The position numbers and the translations under genes were made by a program. A model generated the notes under the pieces. That model worked only from the letters and a program-made list of their open reading frames with translations. It did no database searches and was not told the DNA's origin. Source: a virus. From it: DNA of 46,349 nt. This document shows, one piece after another, positions 39,601 through 46,349 of the stretch. The DNA lies in the IMG/VR virus record IMGVR_UViG_3300025525_000001; one strand, given 5' to 3'. The number at the start of each line of letters is the position of its first letter. Position 1 is the first letter of the stretch.

Positions 39601-42600
39601 CATGGCCCGCATCGCCGAGCGCACGGGCGAGGCCAAGCGCGAGTGGTTCGGTCGGCCGATCAATGACCTCGGCCCCTATGACAAGCGCCGCGCTTACGAG
39701 GGCATGGTCGAAGAAGGCACTGCGACCCCGGAGCTGACCGAGATCGTCATGGCACGGGCGCAGGCCGCACTTGTGGCCCGCGAGACCTCCATCGCCTACG
39801 AGGCGCTGGAGCGTGGCATCCCCGACGCCCCCTTCCGCAATAGCTGGTCCGCTCTCATCATGAAGCGGATGATCCGCTACGCCGTCGACAACGGCGCGGA
39901 GAAAATCGCGTGGATCAACGGCAACCAGCAGAACGGCGGCCAGACCGGCGGCGACGGCTCCTTCTTCTACGAGCGCAACCTGGTCAACGTCGCCAACGAC
40001 CTGGTGAAAAAATACGGGACGCGGGTCGGGCCGGTGGATATGCTGGAAACCACCTTCGGCCGCCAGCAATACGCCCTCAAACAAGAGCTGGGCGAGGACA
40101 CCCCCGAGCGCCAAGCAGAAGACCAACAGGTAATCGTCGCCTCGCAAGAGGAGGTTCAAGACCTCTATCGGGAAGCGATCAACCTACCGATGGCAACCCC
40201 CGAAAGGGTCGCCGCCGAGAACGCGCTGATGCGTGCCCGCATGGCGCAGCGTGAGAATAACCCGGAGCTGGTCGCGGCCGAGCGCCGCAGCGAAATCCGC
40301 AGGCATCTTTACGGCAGAGCGGACCCTACCCGACCCGCTACCTCTCTCGGCATCCAAAACGGCTTCGAGATCACGCCCGCCCTGCGCGAGGCGGCCCAGC
40401 AGGGCTTCGCCCTGTTCCAGAAGAACCGAGGCCAGATCGCTTTCGGCGCTGACGTCAGCCAGACCCCGTCGGTCATCAGCGTCCTGCGCGCCGCCGATCT
40501 CTCGACCTTCGTCCACGAGACCGGCCACTTCTTCCTCGAAGCGACGGCGCACATGGCCAACCAGGTTGACGCGCCGGCCGACATCGTCGCCGACATGGCG
40601 ACCACCCTCAACTGGTTCCAAGAGGGTATGACGCTCGCCGACTGGAACGGCATGAGCCTCGAAGAGCGCCGCCCCTTCCACGAGAAGTGGGCCCGCGGGT
40701 TCGAGGCCTACCACTTCGAGGGCAAGTCCCCCAGCCTCGCCCTGCGCGACGTGTTCCGCCGCTTCTCGGCGTGGCTGAAGAACGTCTACAAGTCCCTGAC
40801 CGCTCTCGACGTCGAGCTGACCGAAGACGTGCGCGCGGTCATGGACCGGATGTTGGCCTCGGAAGCCGAGATCGCCGAGATGGAACAGGTCCGCGGCTTC
40901 GCCCCGGCCTTCGCCAGCAAGCCCGAATACGCCACCGAGGACCAGTGGTCCGAGTATCAGCGACTGGCTGGCGACGCCACGGCCGAAGCCATCGAGCAGC
41001 TGGAACAGCGCAGCGCGCGGGATATGCGCTGGGCGTCCGGTGCCAAGGATCGCTACGTCAAGGCGATGCAGCGCGAGGCCGACGAACAGCGCAAGGCGAT
41101 CCGCGCCGAGGTGACCGCCGAAGTGATGGCCGAGCCGGTCAACCGGGCCCGCAACTTCCTGCGCCGCGGCCTGGGCGAGAACGGCGAACCCGTCGAGGGT
41201 GCCGTCAAACTGGACCTGGCCACGCTCAAGGAGCTGTACGGGGACGAGGGCGCGTGGACCGCTCTTCGCCGCGGAGGCAAATACGGCGAGGTCTCCACCG
41301 ACGGCGCGCACCCCGACATCGTCGCCGGTATGTTCGGCTATTCGTCCGGCGAGGCGATGATCGCCGACCTGGTCAACGGCGAGAACGCAGCCGACAAGAT
41401 CAAGGGCCTGACCGACCAGCGGATGCTGGAGCGGTACGGCGACCTGACCGATCCGCAGGCCATCGAGCGCGCCGCCAACGAAGCGGTCGCCAACGACGCC
41501 CGGGCCAAGTTCGTGGCCGCCGAGATGGCGATGGCCGACAAGGCTGTCGGCAAGAAGTCGATCCTGAACGAGGCCGCCCGCGACTTCGCCGCCGGTGTCG
41601 TCAACCGCCTGGAGCTGAAGCGCTTGCGCCCCGCGCAGTACCTGGCCGCTCAAGGCCGTGCGGCCAAGGCCGCCGAGAAGGCGCTGAAGAAGGACGATCT
41701 GCCTGCCTTCGCCGCGGCCAAGCGCAACCAGCTCATCAACCTGCACACCGGCCGCGCCGTGATGAAGGCCCAGGCCGACGTCGAGAAGAACACTCGCCTG
41801 TTCACGCGCATCGTCAGCGCCAAGGACGACGCGATATCTCGCACCCGCAACATGGACCTGGTCAACGGGGCCCGGGCCATCCTGTCGCTCTACGGTTTCG
41901 GCCGGGTCAAGAACGACCCCATCGGCTACATGGACGCGCTGAAGCGGTACGACCCGGTCCTCTACACGGACCTGGAGCCGTTCATCACGGCGGCCCGAGC
42001 CTCGGCCAAGCCGATCCCCGACCTGACCTACGAGGAGTTCCAGGGACTGCGCGACGTCGTCGGGCAGCTCTGGGCGCTGTCGCGCCGCGTGAACCAGGTC
42101 GAGCGAGACGGCAAGCTGGTCGACCTGAAGACCGTCACCGCCGCCATGGAAACGCGGCTGGAAGAGATCGGCATCCCCGAGAATCGCCCCGGCACGCGCC
42201 GCGCCATCACCGACAGCGAGAAGCGCGACTTCGATCTATTGAGCGTCCGCGCCGCCCTGCGTCGCGTGGAGAGCTGGGCGCGTGGGATCGACGGAGCGAA
42301 CAGCGGCCCGTTCCGCGCCAACATCTGGAACCCAGTGTCGGAAGGCGCGGACAACTACCGCGCCGAGAGCGGCGTCTACATCAAGCGTTTCCGCGCTCTG
42401 CTCGACACCGTCCGCGACGAGTTGAAGCCGCGCGACATCGCCGCGCCCGAACTGGGCTACACCTTCGGCGGCAAGTCGGAGCTGTACCACGCGCTGCTCC
42501 ACACCGGCAACGGCTCGAACAAGTCCAAGCTGCTGCTGGGCCGCAACTGGGGCAAGCGCGATCCTGACGGGATGCTCGACGACAGCCGCTGGCAGACCTT

Positions 42601-44284
42601 CCTAGACCGTTTGCACGCTGACGGCACGCTGACGGCCAAGGACTGGAACTTCGTCCAGGCGGTCTGGGATATGCTCGAGGACACCAAGGCGGGCGCGCAG
42701 AAGGCCCACCGCACGGTCTACGGCCGGTACTTCGACGAGGTCGCCGCCGACCCTGTCGACACGCCCTTCGGCCAGTACCGCGGCGGCTATGTGCCCGCGC
42801 TGACCGACCAGAACCTGGTGCAGGACGCCGCGCTGCGGGCCGAGCAGGAGGCCATCGAAGGTGGGGACAGCGCCATGTTCCCGGCGGCCAGCAACGGCTT
42901 CACCAAGTCGCGCGTCGAGGACTACACCCGCGAGCTGGCGCTGGACCTGCGGCTGATCCCGTCGCACGTCGACAAGGTGCTGAAGTTCACCCACCTTGGC
43001 CCGCCGGTGCGCGACGTCATGCGCATCCTGAAGAACCGCGACTTCTCGGCCAAGCTGCAGGCCTTCGACCCGACGGCCCAGACCGACCTGCTGTTGCCGT
43101 GGTTGAACCGCGCCGCCAAGCAGATTGTCGAGACCCCGTCCAAGGGCCGCGCCGGCAAGTGGGCCGACCGAGCGTTCAGCTACATCCGCTCGAATGTCGG
43201 GATGCAGCTGATGTTCGCCAACGCCGTGAACACCCTGCAGCAGCTGACCGGCTTCTCGGGCGTGATGCTCCGCGTCAAGGCCTCGCACGTCAACGGCGCG
43301 CTGTGGCGCTACACCCGCGACCCTGCGGGCGTCACCGAGACCGCGACCAAGAAGTCTGTGTTCCTGCGCAACCGCTCGGACACCAACCTGTTCGAGGCCC
43401 GCCAAGCGATCACCCAGCTGGTGAAGCTGAACCCGAACGGCCTGGACAAGGTCCGCGACTTCTCCTCGCGCCACGCCTACTTCGCGCAGTCGGCCCTGCA
43501 GAACGTCATGGACGTGGTCGCCTGGTCGGCCTCCTACGACCAGGCCGTGACCGGCGGCGAGACCGATCTCGAAGCGATCCGGTTCGCTGACAGCGTGATC
43601 CGCGAAACGCAGGGGTCGATGGCTCCCGAGGACATCTCGCGGCTCGAAACCGGCACGCCGTTCGTGCGGGTGTTCACGCAGTTCTACGGCTATTTCAACA
43701 TGATGGCCAACCTGGCGGGCACCGAGGTCCAGCAGGTCGCCCGAGGCGTGGGCCTGCGCAAAGGTGCCGGCCGCCTGTTCTACGTCTACGTCATGACGCT
43801 GCTGATCCCGGCCGTGATCGGCGACGCCATCGCCCAAGGCTTGCGCGGCGGCTGGGAAGACGAAGAGGACGACGGCATCCTGAACGACCTGATCCCGTGG
43901 TTCTTCGGGAGCCAGGCCAAGTTCGCTCTGGCCACAGTCCCGGGTGTCGGGCAGCTCGCCAACGCGACCATGGGCGCGTTCACCAAACAGCCCTACGATG
44001 ACCGGGTTTCGATGTCCGCTTCGGTGTCCGTCGTCGAGGGCACGCTGGGCGTGCCGGCCGCGATCTACGAGACGGTCGTCGAAGGCGAGACATTCAACCG
44101 CAACGACGTCCGCGACGTGTTCAACCTGCTCGGCATCATCAGCGGCACCCCCGCCAACGTGCTCGGCAAGCCGGTCGGCTACGGCGTCGGCGTGGCGCAG
44201 GGAGACATCGAGCCGACCGGCCCTCTGGACGCGGCGCGCGGCTTCTTCACCGGCACGCCGAGCCCTGAAAGCAAGACCAACTAG
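36689..44284 (+). CDS. Giant (2,531-aa) internal virion/ejection polyvalent protein with GNAT-like and HExxH modules
   Basis: Single uninterrupted ORF. GNAT motif A RKQGLGTAF plus LVKFYKRFGF lie at aa ~590-678 (nt 38456-38722). HETGH lies at aa 1276-1280 (nt 40514-40528). The C-terminal region has hydrophobic helices (LFYVYVMTLLIPAVIGDAIA). Confidence 0.8.
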   Translation: MAVELQDDPASQIEEQRRRLSNALRTGAVENPDALAADRAEAARRGMPVTALRAVRQQNVVLPPVALTPDLPETSPRTSNFLSNPANAAVAHDDIENMSAVERIVARIGERTVRLAQGAGRASYTALAGPATWLEENLPRQVLSFENGRIVRRAISAEERRATGFNAQAQRLLDPNRLHTIEQGVTWEEFKERPLERLIPFALEEGVVSVPDMAAVMLNLPAYVTARTGEIGQERSENDGRENATVMDLVAALPAAAASALLDRLGARGILGIDDAVRGGLRGVPGAVGRAAGKEAVTEGLQEGIEYLGSNLGTEAGFNPADALERMAQGVIIGGPFGGTVRTVTATAEVAAQRFGAQETQAQAGEQAAETLQELAALAEASKLRERDPQTFQQFIEEASEGTPAENIYVDAETFAQSLNEAGVPLDAVLEAIPGLSDQLATAAETGGDLRISAGEFATHIAGTDAVGPLLPHLRTDPFAMSQAQAKEFMANRGDALQAEVEAAVTAATATEDARAGRERVQAKIAAELDTTGRFTSDVNRAYASLPSAFYDVMGARLGITAEQAAERYPLKFAAELPSSARANTLEQIETVEQIARDAESQGVRIDTTEGDNEIALNLIDTTAAGRKQGLGTAFMERLVANADATGRRVVLTPDASMGATSAGRLVKFYKRFGFKESKGRGRDFSTQAGMIREPVAGAEATFNQAEDVAPHFYSALERAVANSPTTKAPAAQWKATLAKTPGVKKEELEWSGLNEWLDAAGGEGALAGYTRSSLLDRDEIDAKGNIAKSAVLRFVKQGGVQVEETVLGENAGTPEPFAEPDDDWLETTAARLRVEDPELTEQEALSAAKDEWYEDATYEDLNPQFETDAQFSSYKLPGADDTYREILLTLPQIEGPSTHWDTENVVAHARVTMREDASGARVLFLEELQSDWHQQGRDEGYKTDASPEKIEEAKFNALEARRKLDSIAYDMARIAERTGEAKREWFGRPINDLGPYDKRRAYEGMVEEGTATPELTEIVMARAQAALVARETSIAYEALERGIPDAPFRNSWSALIMKRMIRYAVDNGAEKIAWINGNQQNGGQTGGDGSFFYERNLVNVANDLVKKYGTRVGPVDMLETTFGRQQYALKQELGEDTPERQAEDQQVIVASQEEVQDLYREAINLPMATPERVAAENALMRARMAQRENNPELVAAERRSEIRRHLYGRADPTRPATSLGIQNGFEITPALREAAQQGFALFQKNRGQIAFGADVSQTPSVISVLRAADLSTFVHETGHFFLEATAHMANQVDAPADIVADMATTLNWFQEGMTLADWNGMSLEERRPFHEKWARGFEAYHFEGKSPSLALRDVFRRFSAWLKNVYKSLTALDVELTEDVRAVMDRMLASEAEIAEMEQVRGFAPAFASKPEYATEDQWSEYQRLAGDATAEAIEQLEQRSARDMRWASGAKDRYVKAMQREADEQRKAIRAEVTAEVMAEPVNRARNFLRRGLGENGEPVEGAVKLDLATLKELYGDEGAWTALRRGGKYGEVSTDGAHPDIVAGMFGYSSGEAMIADLVNGENAADKIKGLTDQRMLERYGDLTDPQAIERAANEAVANDARAKFVAAEMAMADKAVGKKSILNEAARDFAAGVVNRLELKRLRPAQYLAAQGRAAKAAEKALKKDDLPAFAAAKRNQLINLHTGRAVMKAQADVEKNTRLFTRIVSAKDDAISRTRNMDLVNGARAILSLYGFGRVKNDPIGYMDALKRYDPVLYTDLEPFITAARASAKPIPDLTYEEFQGLRDVVGQLWALSRRVNQVERDGKLVDLKTVTAAMETRLEEIGIPENRPGTRRAITDSEKRDFDLLSVRAALRRVESWARGIDGANSGPFRANIWNPVSEGADNYRAESGVYIKRFRALLDTVRDELKPRDIAAPELGYTFGGKSELYHALLHTGNGSNKSKLLLGRNWGKRDPDGMLDDSRWQTFLDRLHADGTLTAKDWNFVQAVWDMLEDTKAGAQKAHRTVYGRYFDEVAADPVDTPFGQYRGGYVPALTDQNLVQDAALRAEQEAIEGGDSAMFPAASNGFTKSRVEDYTRELALDLRLIPSHVDKVLKFTHLGPPVRDVMRILKNRDFSAKLQAFDPTAQTDLLLPWLNRAAKQIVETPSKGRAGKWADRAFSYIRSNVGMQLMFANAVNTLQQLTGFSGVMLRVKASHVNGALWRYTRDPAGVTETATKKSVFLRNRSDTNLFEARQAITQLVKLNPNGLDKVRDFSSRHAYFAQSALQNVMDVVAWSASYDQAVTGGETDLEAIRFADSVIRETQGSMAPEDISRLETGTPFVRVFTQFYGYFNMMANLAGTEVQQVARGVGLRKGAGRLFYVYVMTLLIPAVIGDAIAQGLRGGWEDEEDDGILNDLIPWFFGSQAKFALATVPGVGQLANATMGAFTKQPYDDRVSMSASVSVVEGTLGVPAAIYETVVEGETFNRNDVRDVFNLLGIISGTPANVLGKPVGYGVGVAQGDIEPTGPLDAARGFFTGTPSPESKTN

Positions 44285-44294
44285 GTGTGCTTAA
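44281..44294 (+). promoter_or_regulatory. CTAGGTGTGCTTAA motif, copy 2, followed by a GC hairpin
   Basis: Identical to 27797-27810. The TAG is the stop of the giant gene. It is followed by gcgggg-gcc-ccccgc (44295-44309), 34 nt upstream of the tailspike start. Confidence 0.5.
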
Positions 44295-44342
44295 GCGGGG
44301 GCCCCCCGCCTAGGATCGCCGCGACCTTCGGAGCAATATCTC

Positions 44343-46349
44343 TTGGCCATCTCCACCCCCGTTCGCAAGGCCGGTCCTTACTTCGGCAACGACGCGACCA
44401 CCGTTTTCCCGTTCGCCTTCAAGGTGTTCGCGGCGGGCGATCTGCTGGTCGTCTTCACGAACCAGCTCGGTGTTGAGAGCGACCTGGTCCTGAACACGGA
44501 CTACACGGTCACGCTGAACAGCAACCAGGACGTGGACCCGGGCGGCTCGGTAACGCTGACTGCGCCCCTGGCCGTGGGTCGGCGGCTCACCATCACGTCC
44601 GGCCTGGAGGCTCTGCAGCCTCTGGTGCTGACCAACAACGGCGGCTTCTACCCCCGGGTCATCAACGACGCTTTCGACCGCATCACGATGATCGCACAGC
44701 AGCTGGTCGAACAGCTGGGCCGGTCGTTGAAACTGCCGATCAGCTCGACTGCCAGCGCGACCCTGCCGGACCCTGTGCCGAACAGCCTCATCGCCTGGGA
44801 TAGCTTGGGCGCAGGCTTTACCAACGTGCCCCCCGGCGATCTGATCTCTGTCGCGGGGTACGCCGACGCGCGCATAGAAACGTTCGACGGGGACGGCGTC
44901 GAGACCGAGTTCGAGATCGACTTCCACCCCGGCGTGATGGCGAACCTGGACGTCTCCATCAACGGCGTGACCCAGGTCGGAGGCGAGGATTTCACCTGGC
45001 TGGGCACCACGGTGCTGTTCACTTCGCCGCCGCCCGCGGGCACCCGTATCCTGGTCCGCTACGCCCGGCCGCTGTCGCCGCTGCCGGACTTCGACAGCAT
45101 CCTGACGTCGGTCGAAGACGCCGAAGCAGCCGCCGCTGCGGCAGAAGCCGCCGCGGTCGCGGGGGACAGGGTGCCGTATGTGGCCCTCGCAGCCTCTGGC
45201 GGCCCCGGCCTTGTCGGCTGGCTCTCGCTGGGCGTCGGCGGTGTTCTACGGACCCTGCTGGCCAAGGTGCGTGAGACCCCCTTGTCGCCCGAGGATTTCG
45301 GCGCGGTCGGGAACGGCACGACGGACGACAGCGACGCTATCGAAAAGGCGCTGAACGCGGCGACGCTGATTAACGGTCGGATGGTGGGCAAGGTGGACGC
45401 GAGCTACCGCGTCCCCTCGCTCAAAACCATCACTCGGGCCGCCACGTCCAAGCGCCTCGAAATCGACTGGAACGGGGCCGAGCTGTTCCTTGACGAGGGC
45501 GCGCTCTACATTGTCGGCCCGCCCCCCTATTTGACCACGACCCTTGCTGCGGACGCGGCGCTTGGCGACCTGAAACTGACACTGGCCAGCACGGCGGGCG
45601 CGGCGGTCGGTGACCTGATCGTGGCCGAAAGCCCAGCCTATTCGCTCGCCACCCAGCCGACCAAGCACGTCTACGTCATCCGCAAAGTTGGAACCGGCGG
45701 GGAGTTGTTCATCGACGGTTGCGTGGTGGCGGACATCACCGAGCAGCAGGTGATCGACAGCCTCGGCGTGACGGCCCCCATCGCCGTCAGCCTTCGCAAG
45801 CTGGTTCCCGGCCTGACGATGAAAAACGGGCGCGTTCGGCACGTTGACGCGACGGGCGCTGTGATCGGGGTGATGTTTGAGGGGCAACTGAACCCCTACC
45901 GCGAGCGGATGATCCACACCGGGAACACCCGCGTTCAGATGAACGTGCGATTTGGCACGGGCGACCTGGAGGTTGGCTGCGAATACCGCGACTTCGGCTA
46001 TGTCGACGCGGTGAGCCCGCCGGACGGCCTGCGTTATGGCTACGGCCTGCTGCATGAGTGGAACTTCAAGTCCACGGTCATCGGGTCGTCGGGCTCCAAC
46101 GGCTGGCACGTCTTCGACGCCTCCGGCGGCCAGATGCACATCGACTATATCGGATGTCGGTCCTTCAACTGCTCGTTCGGCTTCTCCAGCCATGAGAGCG
46201 CGTGGCACATCAACTACTACGACTGCGAGAACATCGGACAGGTTGGGTGGGAGGCCACGCGCGGCGTTTACCTGACGATGGTCAACTGCCGAAACCGGAA
46301 GACGGCGGGAACGTCAGGCATTGCCATTGGCTTGTCGCAGTCCGTTCAG
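44343..46349 (+). CDS. Tailspike/tail fibre, N-terminal part (open at the window end, continues at 1..767)
   Basis: The TTG at 44343 is the only start after the in-frame TAA at 44292, and GGAG lies 10 nt upstream. The N-terminus AGPYFGNDATTVFPFAFKVF is a common fibre N-domain. PEDFGAVGNGTTDDSDAIEKALNAA (~45291-45350) is the pectate-lyase-type beta-helix signature. I read the frame by hand and found no stop up to 46349. Confidence 0.8.
   Translation, partial: MAISTPVRKAGPYFGNDATTVFPFAFKVFAAGDLLVVFTNQLGVESDLVLNTDYTVTLNSNQDVDPGGSVTLTAPLAVGRRLTITSGLEALQPLVLTNNGGFYPRVINDAFDRITMIAQQLVEQLGRSLKLPISSTASATLPDPVPNSLIAWDSLGAGFTNVPPGDLISVAGYADARIETFDGDGVETEFEIDFHPGVMANLDVSINGVTQVGGEDFTWLGTTVLFTSPPPAGTRILVRYARPLSPLPDFDSILTSVEDAEAAAAAAEAAAVAGDRVPYVALAASGGPGLVGWLSLGVGGVLRTLLAKVRETPLSPEDFGAVGNGTTDDSDAIEKALNAATLINGRMVGKVDASYRVPSLKTITRAATSKRLEIDWNGAELFLDEGALYIVGPPPYLTTTLAADAALGDLKLTLASTAGAAVGDLIVAESPAYSLATQPTKHVYVIRKVGTGGELFIDGCVVADITEQQVIDSLGVTAPIAVSLRKLVPGLTMKNGRVRHVDATGAVIGVMFEGQLNPYRERMIHTGNTRVQMNVRFGTGDLEVGCEYRDFGYVDAVSPPDGLRYGYGLLHEWNFKSTVIGSSGSNGWHVFDASGGQMHIDYIGCRSFNCSFGFSSHESAWHINYYDCENIGQVGWEATRGVYLTMVNCRNRKTAGTSGIAIGLSQSVQ
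46225..46349. repeat. Terminal direct repeat, right copy (identical to 1..125)
   Basis: Same 125-nt string as the window start. It lies inside an open reading frame that has no stop before the window end. Confidence 0.95.

Noticed and set aside
44285-44476. 63-aa ORF starting at the GTG inside the 14-mer motif.
   Set aside because: It is out of frame with, and overlaps, the N-terminus of the tailspike, whose translation carries a recognisable fibre N-domain. Its own product is Arg-rich with no motif.
1-46349. A diversity-generating retroelement, considered because the capsid module is BPP-1-like (Bbp16/Bbp19-type genes).
   Set aside because: I found no reverse-transcriptase motif (YxDD context) in any frame I read. 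I also found no pair of roughly 100-150-bp near-identical template/variable repeats near the fibre genes (44343..767, 2566..3132). A computed self-dot-plot would be needed to exclude this fully.

Overview
The window reads as one complete, densely coding, high-GC podovirus-type phage genome. It has 46,224 unique bp plus an exact 125-bp terminal overlap (1-125 = 46225-46349), and the tailspike gene runs through the junction. I see three transcription blocks. (i) A leftward early/replication block (16344 down to 3280) has about 30 genes, mostly translationally coupled. It includes a family-A DNA polymerase, a DUF2800-type PD-(D/E)xK nuclease, a DUF2815-type SSB, an SNF2 helicase and a VRR-NUC nuclease. 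It also holds a Mom-like GNAT-fold protein, GcrA-like and GapR-like (DUF2312) proteins, and a DDE-less IS1595-type Zn-ribbon/HTH protein. (ii) A rightward block (16503 to 22232) has a beta-class N6/N4 methyltransferase, a Cro/YdaS-like HTH protein, small ORFs, a C5-cytosine methyltransferase and a prim-pol/VirE-type primase-helicase. (iii) A rightward late block (22491 through the junction to 3132) has terminase, a T7-type portal, a Bbp19-like protein, scaffold, major capsid, a Bbp16-like cement protein and tail tubular proteins A and B. It continues with four internal-virion/ejection proteins, including an M23-peptidase protein and a 2,531-aa giant protein with GNAT and HExxH modules. It ends with the tailspike, holin/endolysin/spanins and a tail-collar fibre protein. 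I recognised no tRNA, rRNA, CRISPR array, integrase, phage RNA polymerase or reverse transcriptase. The GapR and GcrA homologues point to an alphaproteobacterial (Caulobacter-like) host. The most interesting items are the giant polyvalent ejection protein, the Mom-like protein plus two methyltransferases, the phage copies of host cell-cycle/nucleoid regulators, an iteron/palindrome-rich AT island after the primase gene, a repeat-bearing divergent control region, a consensus promoter hidden in an AT island, and several unannotated micro-ORFs encoding hydrophobic peptides. All functional calls come from reading motifs by eye. No database search or computation was run, and family names are recalled from memory.
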